From the NCBI GenBank assembly GCA_028282585.1, contig JANQHR010000012.1, positions 1-21,884 of the forward strand: 21,884 nt of DNA. The letters run 5' to 3'. The notes below the pieces were generated by a model. It had not been told where the DNA came from and did not search any database. It worked only from the letters and a program-made list of their open reading frames with translations. The position numbers were made by a program, and so were the translations under genes. Origin of the DNA: Bacteroidales bacterium (GTDB lineage: Bacteria; Bacteroidota; Bacteroidia; Bacteroidales; UBA12077). Positions 1 through 8,296 of the stretch are shown piece after piece (position 1 is the first letter of the stretch; each line of letters opens with the position of its first letter).

Positions 1-44
1 AGGGTTCTTAAAGTAAAAAGGCGTTTGAAAACAAACTAAATAAT

Positions 45-84
45 AAAAAACCGCCTCAATTAGTTTTGAGACGGCTTCTTTTTT
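45..84 (+). terminator. Intrinsic terminator of an upstream transcript (possibly bidirectional)
   Basis: Stem CCGCCTCAA (51-59) / TTGAGACGG (66-74) with one mismatch, preceded by A6 and followed by CTTCTTTTTT. Confidence 0.75.
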
Positions 85-197
85 CTTTTCTAAGGTTTAA
101 AACGTAAGGCTGGTACCTACAAACCGTTGCATTATTTATAATCGTTCCAAATTTATTACAAGCCTGTAAAACGTTACGATTAGTTTCCTTTTTTTAC

Positions 198-205
198 TAT
201 ATTTG
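198..205 (+). promoter_or_regulatory. Bacteroidota housekeeping promoter -7 box
   Basis: TATATTTG matches the TAnnTTTG consensus about 90 nt upstream of the ATG at 294; no clear -33 TTTG. Confidence 0.5.
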
Positions 206-293
206 ATATACTTGTTATTGGGCTCGATTTTACAAGAAGGGGAATCCGAAAACCTATAAAAGAGTAGGGAGTTCTACTATAAATCATAAAATT

Positions 294-818
294 ATGAGAA
301 AAATTATTTTTATAGCATTTATCAGTATGCTATATTTATATGGTTGTTCTAATTCCGAGGAACCTGAAGACATTGATTCCTTTGTTCTTGAATTGGAAAA
401 AAAATTAAATACCTACCCTTTTGAGTTTACGAAAGAAGACTCTCTTTTTGCAGCAAAAAAACTTGACAATAATTTTACTGCAATGAAAGAATATAGAATT
501 GAAAATTTTAAAAAATTTGTACGTAATTATTCATGGGTAAGAGCTAGTAAATATTTGCTGCTAGATTCATTAGAAGTTAAAAAAGAAGCCAATAAACTAG
601 GTTTTAATCAACCGTACTATTATCTTGAGTACTTGCGAAGTGATACTATAAACAATAAACAAAAAAAGGAAATTATGGATAAATTAAGGATGAGATATCA
701 TTCTGTATGCGAAAATGAAGAAAAGAATAAAGAATTGGATGATATTCAGCTTCTTCAGCAAGCATTTAGTATTAGCAATAAAAAAGGATGCGGAGATAAT
801 TGTACTTGTGTAAATTAA
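294..818 (+). CDS. Hypothetical lipoprotein, 174 aa, with Cys-rich C-terminal tail
   Basis: Signal peptide MRKIIFIAFISMLYLYG-C with lipobox Cys followed by acidic SNSEEPED; ends GCGDNCTCVN; A-rich leader AAAATT-ATG. Confidence 0.8.
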   Translation: MRKIIFIAFISMLYLYGCSNSEEPEDIDSFVLELEKKLNTYPFEFTKEDSLFAAKKLDNNFTAMKEYRIENFKKFVRNYSWVRASKYLLLDSLEVKKEANKLGFNQPYYYLEYLRSDTINNKQKKEIMDKLRMRYHSVCENEEKNKELDDIQLLQQAFSISNKKGCGDNCTCVN

Positions 819-830
819 TAAAAATATAAA

Positions 831-1550
831 ATGAAAAAACATAGTTTAAAATTCGTATATTTAATATTCCCATTGTTCTTATCTTCTATATTCACGTATG
901 GACAAGATTACAAAGTTGGGCTTTATAGTGATATGCATGGGGAAGTTTGGATTGATTGTCCCGATGATAGTTATATATTAGATAGAGCAGAGGAAGAGGG
1001 TATTAATTTACCTTATTCTTGCAGAGCAGGCGCGTGTTCATCGTGTGCCGGTAAAATTATGTGGGGCCTTGTTGACCAATCTGACCAGTCGTTTTTAGAT
1101 GATGACCAAATAGCGATGGGGTTTGTTTTAACTTGTGTGGCATATCCTATATCTGATTGCTACATTGAAACACATAAAGAAGAGGATACCTATGGTGACC
1201 CATGGGGAGGAGGTGGAGGTTCAGGTGGCTCAGGCGGTTACGATTGCAATCCGGATATCGGGCTTGGTGGAGTTTATTTAAACACTTATTCAGTTGGAAA
1301 TAGTGCATCTTTCGGATTTACTGCTGGGGCTAATGTATTGATAGAAGTATCCAGTACTATACCTGCTGTCTATAACTTAATATGTACCGATGGTACTTTA
1401 GAAAATCAAGGTAGAGGAGGTACAGCAAGCGTGTTTGTTTCTGAACAAGAATTTGGTTGCGGCGTATGCAGTTTGCCAAATAACTGGGAATTTGAATTAT
1501 CAACACCAACTATGTATGGTGTAGGGGCAATAGGGTATTGTAGAGATTAA
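831..1550 (+). CDS. Exported protein: signal peptide + plant/cyanobacterial-type [2Fe-2S] ferredoxin domain + Gly/Ser linker + unknown beta-rich domain
   Basis: Residues 1-24 form a hydrophobic signal ending TYG|Q. Residues 25-121 carry C64-x4-C69-x2-C72-x29-C102 ([41 protein letters not shown]). Residues 126-136 are [11 protein letters not shown], followed by about 100 aa with 5 Cys. Confidence 0.9.
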   Translation: MKKHSLKFVYLIFPLFLSSIFTYGQDYKVGLYSDMHGEVWIDCPDDSYILDRAEEEGINLPYSCRAGACSSCAGKIMWGLVDQSDQSFLDDDQIAMGFVLTCVAYPISDCYIETHKEEDTYGDPWGGGGGSGGSGGYDCNPDIGLGGVYLNTYSVGNSASFGFTAGANVLIEVSSTIPAVYNLICTDGTLENQGRGGTASVFVSEQEFGCGVCSLPNNWEFELSTPTMYGVGAIGYCRD

Positions 1551-1567
1551 TATAAAACTTAAAATTT

Positions 1568-2056
1568 ATGAAAAAATACATAATTATTATCATGTTTGTA
1601 TCATTTGTCTTAAGTAGTTGTGAAAAAGCAGATAAACAATTTCTGATTCAAAATGAACAAGATTTAACAACTAATCAAACCTACAAACATTATTTGGAAG
1701 TTGATTTTGAACAAGTGAATAGAGATAAAAGTTTAACAGAGAAAGAGCTAAAATATAAAACAGAGATTGTGTATACTGCTTTTAAAAGGGCTAGTGAACA
1801 TATCGAACAAATAGATGGTATTTTATATTTTAAGTTGAAGAATCATAACGAAATAAATGTTTCGCCCGAATTATTTAAACTTATAAAGAACTATGTTCAT
1901 GAGGTTAATGCGGTAACACTTAAAAATATGAAAGAAAACCCTAGCAAAACGAAACATTTTAAGCAGCAAAATGCTAAAAGTGTTAAGATAATGCATATAA
2001 GTAATTGGAACTGGAATAATACATACAAAATGTATAAAACCTACTCCGAAAATTAG
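1568..2056 (+). CDS. Hypothetical lipoprotein, 162 aa
   Basis: MKKYIIIIMFVSFVLSS-C lipobox; 17 nt downstream of the ferredoxin-fusion gene; followed by a strong hairpin. Confidence 0.8.
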   Translation: MKKYIIIIMFVSFVLSSCEKADKQFLIQNEQDLTTNQTYKHYLEVDFEQVNRDKSLTEKELKYKTEIVYTAFKRASEHIEQIDGILYFKLKNHNEINVSPELFKLIKNYVHEVNAVTLKNMKENPSKTKHFKQQNAKSVKIMHISNWNWNNTYKMYKTYSEN

Positions 2057-2064
2057 ATTCTTTT

Positions 2065-2112
2065 TTATTAACGAGGGAATTTTATAATTCCCTCGTTAAT
2101 AAGTTATTCTTT
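2065..2112 (+). terminator. Intrinsic terminator closing the three-gene unit
   Basis: Perfect 17-bp inverted repeat TTATTAACGAGGGAATT (2065-2081) / AATTCCCTCGTTAATAA (2086-2102), 4-nt loop, followed by GTTATTCTTT. Confidence 0.8.
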
Positions 2113-2133
2113 AAAATATAGGAAAGTTTTATT

Positions 2134-2141
2134 TAATTTTG
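2134..2141 (+). promoter_or_regulatory. Promoter -7 box for the DUF2007-like gene
   Basis: TAATTTTG matches TAnnTTTG and lies between the terminator and the ATG at 2200. Confidence 0.45.
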
Positions 2142-2199
2142 ATGTTTACTATTAAATGTCAAATCCAGTGACTTCCTATTGGATATTAAAAAGCTTAAT

Positions 2200-2565
2200 A
2201 TGGGAAATTGGTTAACAATCTTAAGGTTTGACATGGTGCATGAGGCACATATGGCCAAAACGAAACTTGAATCAGAAGGTATTAAAGTAATCGTTGAAAA
2301 TGAATTAAGTGGGCAAGTTTATAATATTATTCGAACAAGCGATGTAATTAAATTATGTGTTCATATTAACGATTATGATCAGGCCTTTCAGATTTTAAAA
2401 GAAAGTGGCTATATAAAAGATTCGAAAACAGAAAACAAGTTTTTAACTAAGCTGGACAAGATTACATCCAAAATACCTTTACTTGGTAAAACCATATTTG
2501 AGTTTAGAGTTATTATTTTATTGACAATATTAATTGTTTTAATGTCGCTTCCATTCATTTTATAA
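2200..2565 (+). CDS. DUF2007-like (putative signal-transducing, PII-like fold) protein with C-terminal TM anchor
   Basis: Pattern EAHMAKTKLESEGI...IKLCVHINDYDQAFQIL is typical of DUF2007; hydrophobic C-terminus VIILLTILIVLMSLPFIL. ATG at 2200 preferred over TTG at 2179. Confidence 0.75.
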   Translation: MGNWLTILRFDMVHEAHMAKTKLESEGIKVIVENELSGQVYNIIRTSDVIKLCVHINDYDQAFQILKESGYIKDSKTENKFLTKLDKITSKIPLLGKTIFEFRVIILLTILIVLMSLPFIL

Positions 2566-2567
2566 TC

Positions 2568-2608
2568 AAAAAGGCTTCTACTTGCTTTACAATATAGAAG
2601 CCTCTTTT
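2568..2608. terminator. Bidirectional intrinsic terminator
   Basis: AGGCTTCTA (2572-2580) / TAGAAGCCT (2595-2603), with an A-tract on the left (T-tail on the minus strand) and CTTTT on the right. Confidence 0.7.
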
Positions 2609-2958
2609 CCTTATTAAGAACCCTAAATTTTAATTACTCCCCTTCTCAGATGATATCAGTAATTTATTAGTTGACTTTATGTATTTACATTGCAAGTTAT
2701 AACAATGACAAAATAATTTTATAGGTAAAACTACCTGATTAGTAATTTTTTAATACAAGTGTTTTTTACTGGGGTCAATAAATCCTATTTTTTTGGAGAC
2801 TAAAAATACCCGTTTTACAGTTTCTTTCGTTTTGGTGGGTCGTGCTTATATAACTGTGTTTTGTTGATTGGAAAAACAAACTTTAAATAACATTATTTTA
2901 AAACAAATATTAGGGTATATTTACACAGAGAACCAAAATGGATTTTAAAGGGAATTAA

Positions 2959-3543
2959 ATGAAATATCGGATACAAATAATACTTTCTTTTTTTAGCTTC
3001 TTCCTTGCTATAATTAATCTAAATGCACAAGAGAAGTTGGAAGAAGAATACAAGGTGAAAGAGGATGAAGTTCCGGCACAAGCAAAAAAATGGATCAATG
3101 AAACTTTTGGTGAAATGAAAGGGATAAAGTGGTACTATGAAAAATCTTCTGGAAAAGTAAGCTACGAGGCAAAATTAAAAACCAATAATGAAATCTATAG
3201 TATCGAATTCGATACCACAGGTTTAATCGAAGATATTGAACAAAAATATGATTGGAAAAATATTAGCCAGAATACTAGAAAAGGTTTAGTCCACTATTTT
3301 AAATCCAATTATATCAAATACAAGATCATTAAAATTCAGAAGCAATATTTAGGTACGCCTTATAATTTAAAGAGTTTAATTAAGCAAAATGAAATGGAAG
3401 GTATTACTGTGAATTACGAAATTGAATTTCATGGTAGAACCGAAAAGGAAAACGAGTTATGGGAATGCCTTTTCAACTCCAATGGAGAGTTGCTTCAAAA
3501 AAAGAAAATCATTCTTAAACCTTCCAATAACCTTGAGTTTTAA
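2959..3543 (+). CDS. Exported protein with PepSY-like (BLIP-like) repeats
   Basis: Signal peptide ending LNA|Q. Two repeats of the type EVPxxxxxWIxxxF...YEAK...IEFDTTG and ...HYF...YEIEF...LFNSNGEL. Confidence 0.6.
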   Translation: MKYRIQIILSFFSFFLAIINLNAQEKLEEEYKVKEDEVPAQAKKWINETFGEMKGIKWYYEKSSGKVSYEAKLKTNNEIYSIEFDTTGLIEDIEQKYDWKNISQNTRKGLVHYFKSNYIKYKIIKIQKQYLGTPYNLKSLIKQNEMEGITVNYEIEFHGRTEKENELWECLFNSNGELLQKKKIILKPSNNLEF

Positions 3544-4220
3544 TGAGATTACGTTTTTTATTCATACTGTTTTTCTTTTCCGGAATTCTTATGGTACAGG
3601 GTTCAGAATCGTATCTGGGCATAGTGCCTGAAATTAATATCAGTTATAAGTTAAAAGACATTAAATTTAATGTAAAGGCAGAGTTTTTCCAGTTGTTTTA
3701 TGCCAATGAGGGCGAACTTGGGCCTGAGTGGGACTATCAGTATGAAAATACTGATTTGCAGTTTTTTGCCAGCAAAAAAGTGAATCCCTTTATCTCATTG
3801 GCCTTGGGTTATCAATATGGTATTGAAACTGGTGATAAAAATACACACCGGACCATTCAGCAGTTTTCCTATGTTTTTAGACCGGGTAATTTAAAATGGG
3901 GTCACCGGGTAAGGGCAGGCCAGACCTTTTATGAGGATGAACCAACAAAATTTCGTTTTAGGTATCGACTGTCGGTTGAAATTCCGTTACAAGGACAATC
4001 CATCGATTACAATGAGTTTTATGTGATTGCATCCGATGAATTTCTGTATGCATATCAAGATAAGGATCAAGAATATGAAAATCGTCTGGCCATGTATATA
4101 GGTTATTTATTTGAGAATAATAGTAAGTTTCAGTTAGGTATAGATTATAGGACTGATCTTTCGAGCGAACCCTTGGTTCATAATTATTGGATACGTTTGG
4201 GTTATCTCATTAATTTATAG
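3543..4220 (+). CDS. DUF2490-like outer-membrane beta-barrel protein
   Basis: Signal peptide, alternating aromatic beta-strands, motifs HRTIQQF, HRVRAGQ, RFRYRL, ENRLAMYIGY, terminal strand LGYLINL. TAATG translational coupling to the upstream gene. Confidence 0.75.
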   Translation: MRLRFLFILFFFSGILMVQGSESYLGIVPEINISYKLKDIKFNVKAEFFQLFYANEGELGPEWDYQYENTDLQFFASKKVNPFISLALGYQYGIETGDKNTHRTIQQFSYVFRPGNLKWGHRVRAGQTFYEDEPTKFRFRYRLSVEIPLQGQSIDYNEFYVIASDEFLYAYQDKDQEYENRLAMYIGYLFENNSKFQLGIDYRTDLSSEPLVHNYWIRLGYLINL

Positions 4221-4322
4221 GCTATTGTTGGATTTGTTTAATAGTTTTTATTAATTTAACAACAAAAAGTAAACAAACATGAACATTAAATTATAATTGC
4301 TGTTTATTCAAAAAATACAATT

Positions 4323-5228
4323 ATGAAGAAATATTTACAAAATATATTGGTGCCAGTTGATTTTAGAGATTCATCTTTAAAAGCAGTTAAGTATGCTTTC
4401 CAGGTTGCTAAAAAAATAGAAGCTAATTTAGTTTTAATAAATGTTATTGAAATTCCTGGAATGTTAGCCGAGTTATTTTCATCAGGAGATGAGTTAGTTA
4501 AGATTACTAATAAGGCTAAAGATGAGTTTCAGAAGGTGATTGATCAACTTAAAGAAGAAGATACCGAGATTCAGATCAAAAGTAGAATAGAAAGGGGTAA
4601 ACCTTACCAAAAGATTCTTGAAATAGCAGAAGAGATGAATGTTCGCATGATTATCCTTGGAGAAAATCACCAGGGCGAGTTAAAAACTAAAAATCTGGGA
4701 AGTACGGTTTATCAAGTGACTTTAAAATCTCCAGTTCCTGTTATTACTTATAAAGGGACGCATGAAAATGTGGTAAATAAAATTGTTGTTCCGCTCGATT
4801 TAACAAAGCAAACAAAAAAACAAATTGGTAGTGCACTGGCTTATGGTCTTAACTATAACTCGAAGATATATCTTGTTTCAGCGTTAATAGGTGGCATAAA
4901 ACTTAAAGAAAGCAGGATTTATAAAAAGCTTAAGGAAGCGAAAAAAACACTGGATCAGAATAATGTGGAATGTGAAATCAAGCTTTTTGAGCGCTCGGAG
5001 GTTGAACCTTTCCAAAGGGTGTTGGACTATACCAATGAAATAAATGCCGATATGATTTTGGTAATGACACACCAGGAAGGGTATACTTACGACAATTATA
5101 TAGGGGCTTTCGCGCATCACATTATTAACGAATCAGATGTATCCGTAATGAGTTTAACGTCTTCGGCCACCAGTGTTGATTTTAAAAGTCTCCTTGGAGC
5201 TATTGTCGATCCATTTGCCATATTTTAA
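4323..5228 (+). CDS. Universal stress protein, tandem USP domains
   Basis: NILVPVDF...GKPYQKILE...LGST...PVPV in domain 1 and KIVVPLDL...ADMILVMTH...IGAFAHHII in domain 2. Confidence 0.9.
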   Translation: MKKYLQNILVPVDFRDSSLKAVKYAFQVAKKIEANLVLINVIEIPGMLAELFSSGDELVKITNKAKDEFQKVIDQLKEEDTEIQIKSRIERGKPYQKILEIAEEMNVRMIILGENHQGELKTKNLGSTVYQVTLKSPVPVITYKGTHENVVNKIVVPLDLTKQTKKQIGSALAYGLNYNSKIYLVSALIGGIKLKESRIYKKLKEAKKTLDQNNVECEIKLFERSEVEPFQRVLDYTNEINADMILVMTHQEGYTYDNYIGAFAHHIINESDVSVMSLTSSATSVDFKSLLGAIVDPFAIF

Positions 5229-5240
5229 ACAATTTTTTTA

Positions 5241-7538
5241 ATGCTAAATATCTTACTTATATATTTTTTTCTGTCTTTATTGATTTTTGCTGTTCCAAGC
5301 AAAGTATTTAAATATAAAGCGATTGTTCTTGCACTAGTTCAGTTGGTAATATTTGTTTATTTTTTTACAAAAATTCCAATCATAACAGATGGTGAAACTC
5401 TTATATCAAAAATTAGCTGGATTCCTGAACTGGGATTAAATTTATCTTTTGTACTTAATGGCCTAAGCTTGGCATTTGCACTGCTGATTACAGGAATTGG
5501 ATCTTTGGTTTTTATATATGCACATGCTTATATGAAAAGTTATGCAAATACGGATAGGTTCTTTTTCTTCTTGTTTTTATTTAGTGGTGCCATGTTGGGT
5601 TTGGTTCTATCCGAAAATCTAATTCAACTTTTTATTTTCTGGGAACTCACCAGCTTTTTATCTTTTTTGTTAATTGCATTTTTCCACGAAAAGGAATCAG
5701 CAAGAAATGCTGCTTTTCAATCCTTATTTATTACTGGATTTGGGGGATTAATCTTATTAACAGGGATCATACTTATTGGCGGTGTTGTACAAAGTTATTC
5801 TTTAACTGAATGGATAAACAATGCAGATGAAATACGCAGCAGCGCATTTTATTTACCAGGTTTAATTTTAATATTAATAGGTGCTTTTACTAAATCGGCC
5901 CAGTTTCCATTTCACTTTTGGTTACCAGGAGCAATGCAGGCACCTACTCCTGTTAGTTCTTATTTGCATTCGGCTACCATGGTAAAAGCAGGATTTTTTT
6001 TGTTGGCAAGTTTAAATCCGGTTTTAGGAGGGACCGTAGAATGGACATACATCATCCCATTGTTTGGGGTTATCACCATGTTGGTTGGAGCTTATTTTGC
6101 TATTACGCAAACCGATATAAAAGCAATACTAGCTTATACAACTATTACGGCTTTAGGAATTTTAATATTACTTATAGGGGTTGATACAAAGTTGTCAATT
6201 AAAGCGGCTATTTTGTTTTTATTCATTCATGCTTTTTACAAAGCTACTCTGTTTATGGTAGCTGGATTAATCAATAAAAAAACAGGTACGCGTGAACTTT
6301 CAAAATTAGGCGGTTTGGCTCATTATATGCCCATAACTTTTGTGGTGGCTTTGCTGGCATTATTTTCAATGGCTGGTTTACCTCCGATGCTTGGATTTCT
6401 GGGTAAGGAATTGGTTTATGAAGCGAATGTACAATCTCCGGGAATAGCATCCTTAATTTTAATATTAGGTGTGGCAGCCAATGTTTTAATGATAGCCGTT
6501 TCTTTGTTTTTTTTGAAAAAGGTTTTTCTTGGAAAAAAGGGTAATTATAGTAAAAATCCAAACGAAAAAGGCTTGTTTATTGTTGGTCCGGCTTTGCTGG
6601 CAACTTTGAGCTTGTTTTTTGGCTTATTTCCAAATATTTTGGGTAATTCAATAATTGAACCGGCAATACAAAGTATTTTCCTTGAAACCTATCATATTAA
6701 ACTAAAATTATGGCACGGGTTTAACAAGGTTTTCTATTTAAGTCTTTTTACAGTTGCATTAGGTACTTTATTATTTTATTTAATTGATAAATACCCTAAA
6801 CTTTTGGAGAACTGGAGAAAGATAAACAATAAAATATTTACTATAAAATTCGTTGATGTATTTTCCAATGTCATGGACAATTTTATTGTATTTTCTAAGC
6901 GAAATAACAGAGTCATTCAACATGGATACCATAGGTATTACTTATTAACTATTATAGTTGTTACGGCTCTTTTATTATGGTTTCAGGTATTTGTTACGCG
7001 GGGCTGGGAGCTTCCGGCCAAATTATCTTTTAATCCTTTTTACATTTCAGGTTTAATAGGGATAATAATGGTATCAGCAATTTTTAGTGCAATAAGTAAG
7101 TCCCGTATAGCAACTATAATTGCTATGGGTGTTGCCGGTTATGGTATATCGCTCATATTTTTATATTATAGCGCTATAGATTTAGCTATTACTCAAATCA
7201 TTGTTGAAACACTTACGGTTGTAATGTTTGTAATTGTATTGCAGAAACTGCCTCGTTTTGCTAAACTTTCATCCAAAGCTACCAAAATACGCGACTTGGC
7301 CATTGCATTGGTTTTTGGGTCTGTAATGACAGTTTTGGCCCTCAAAGCAATTAGGTTAGAACTTAATTACCCCATTTCTGATTTCTTTGTGGAGAATAGC
7401 TATTTAAAGGCTTATGGAAAAAATGTGGTTAATGTAATATTGGTTGATTTCAGGGCACTTGATACTTTAGGCGAAATAACCGTGTTAACCATTGCTGCCT
7501 TAGGCGTATTTGTTTTACTTAAAAAGAAAAAAGTATGA
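5241..7538 (+). CDS. mrpA: Multisubunit Na+/H+ antiporter subunit A
   Basis: 765-aa membrane protein with FWELTS, TKSAQFPFHFWLPGAMQAPTPVSSYLHSATMVKAG and C-terminal NVVNVILVDFRALDTLGE. Confidence 0.95.
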   Translation: MLNILLIYFFLSLLIFAVPSKVFKYKAIVLALVQLVIFVYFFTKIPIITDGETLISKISWIPELGLNLSFVLNGLSLAFALLITGIGSLVFIYAHAYMKSYANTDRFFFFLFLFSGAMLGLVLSENLIQLFIFWELTSFLSFLLIAFFHEKESARNAAFQSLFITGFGGLILLTGIILIGGVVQSYSLTEWINNADEIRSSAFYLPGLILILIGAFTKSAQFPFHFWLPGAMQAPTPVSSYLHSATMVKAGFFLLASLNPVLGGTVEWTYIIPLFGVITMLVGAYFAITQTDIKAILAYTTITALGILILLIGVDTKLSIKAAILFLFIHAFYKATLFMVAGLINKKTGTRELSKLGGLAHYMPITFVVALLALFSMAGLPPMLGFLGKELVYEANVQSPGIASLILILGVAANVLMIAVSLFFLKKVFLGKKGNYSKNPNEKGLFIVGPALLATLSLFFGLFPNILGNSIIEPAIQSIFLETYHIKLKLWHGFNKVFYLSLFTVALGTLLFYLIDKYPKLLENWRKINNKIFTIKFVDVFSNVMDNFIVFSKRNNRVIQHGYHRYYLLTIIVVTALLLWFQVFVTRGWELPAKLSFNPFYISGLIGIIMVSAIFSAISKSRIATIIAMGVAGYGISLIFLYYSAIDLAITQIIVETLTVVMFVIVLQKLPRFAKLSSKATKIRDLAIALVFGSVMTVLALKAIRLELNYPISDFFVENSYLKAYGKNVVNVILVDFRALDTLGEITVLTIAALGVFVLLKKKKV

Positions 7539-7951
7539 ACTCTATAATTTTACAAATAGCAGCCAGGCATATTAAAGCATTGTTGGTACTTTTTGCAATA
7601 ATTGCTTTATTACGCGGGCATAACTACCCGGGAGGCGGATTTATTGGTGGCTTGTTGGCAGCATTATCGGTTATTTATTATGGGTTTGCTTTTAACGCAA
7701 AACAAGTTCGGGATAAGCTAAAAATTAGTCCAACGACTTATATAGCATTAGGATTATCTCTAGTTGTTTTAAGCTTTGTCCCTTCTATATTAAATCAGTT
7801 AGAACTGATGCAGGGAGTTTGGCTTAAAGTTCAAATACCGATTCTGGGCGAGTTAAAATTAGGGACGCCACTGTTATTCGACATAGGTGTATTTTTAACG
7901 GTGATAGGTGTGACATTTTTGTTTTTTTTCTCATTAACGAAAGTTGAATAA
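7535..7951 (+). CDS. mrpB: Multisubunit Na+/H+ antiporter subunit B
   Basis: LRGHNYPGGGFIGGL and LLFDIGVFLTV motifs; ATGA overlap with mrpA. Confidence 0.95.
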   Translation: MNSIILQIAARHIKALLVLFAIIALLRGHNYPGGGFIGGLLAALSVIYYGFAFNAKQVRDKLKISPTTYIALGLSLVVLSFVPSILNQLELMQGVWLKVQIPILGELKLGTPLLFDIGVFLTVIGVTFLFFFSLTKVE

Positions 7952-8295
7952 TGGAAATATTATTGGCCATATTAGTTGGAATATTATATACTGCCGGTGT
8001 TTATATGATACTTCGACGAAGTATTGTAAAGTTTATTATTGGTATTATTTTCCTGAGCAATGCTACAAATCTATTGGTTTTTCTTGCTTCAGGAATAGTT
8101 TCAGGAAAGCCGGTATTTGTGGGCGAAGAGCTGGCGGATGCATCCCAAATGGCGGACCCATTGCCTCAGGCTTTAGTTTTAACAGCTATCGTTATTGGTT
8201 TCGGAATAGTTGTGTTTACTTTGGCTTTAAAATTTAAGTTTTTTGAGCTAACCGGAACCGATGATTTGGATCAATTAAAGAAAACAGATACTTGA
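7951..8295 (+). CDS. mrpC: Multisubunit Na+/H+ antiporter subunit C
   Basis: DPLPQALVLTAIVIGFG motif; TAATG coupling to mrpB. Confidence 0.95.
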   Translation: MEILLAILVGILYTAGVYMILRRSIVKFIIGIIFLSNATNLLVFLASGIVSGKPVFVGEELADASQMADPLPQALVLTAIVIGFGIVVFTLALKFKFFELTGTDDLDQLKKTDT

Positions 8296-8296
8296 T

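Noticed and set aside
1-39. Possible 3' end of an upstream CDS (RVLKVKRRLKTN-stop)
   Set aside because: Too short to fix a frame; all three frames stop early, and the region may be non-coding.
263-278. Small hairpin AGTAG-GGAGTT-CTACT in the leader (CsrA-like GGA loop or riboswitch)
   Set aside because: Only a 5-bp stem with no recognisable aptamer consensus.
1206-1238. Gly/Ser codon run as a DNA tandem repeat or synthetic linker
   Set aside because: Codons are mixed (gga/ggt/ggc/tca); it is a protein-level linker with no vector sequence around it.
831-1550. Calling the gene petF or inferring cyanobacterial/plant contamination
   Set aside because: The domain is fused in frame to a Bacteroidota-style signal peptide and embedded among Bacteroidota-like genes; no photosynthetic context.
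3422-3631. 69-aa ORF
   Set aside because: Out-of-frame overlap with two well-supported coupled genes.
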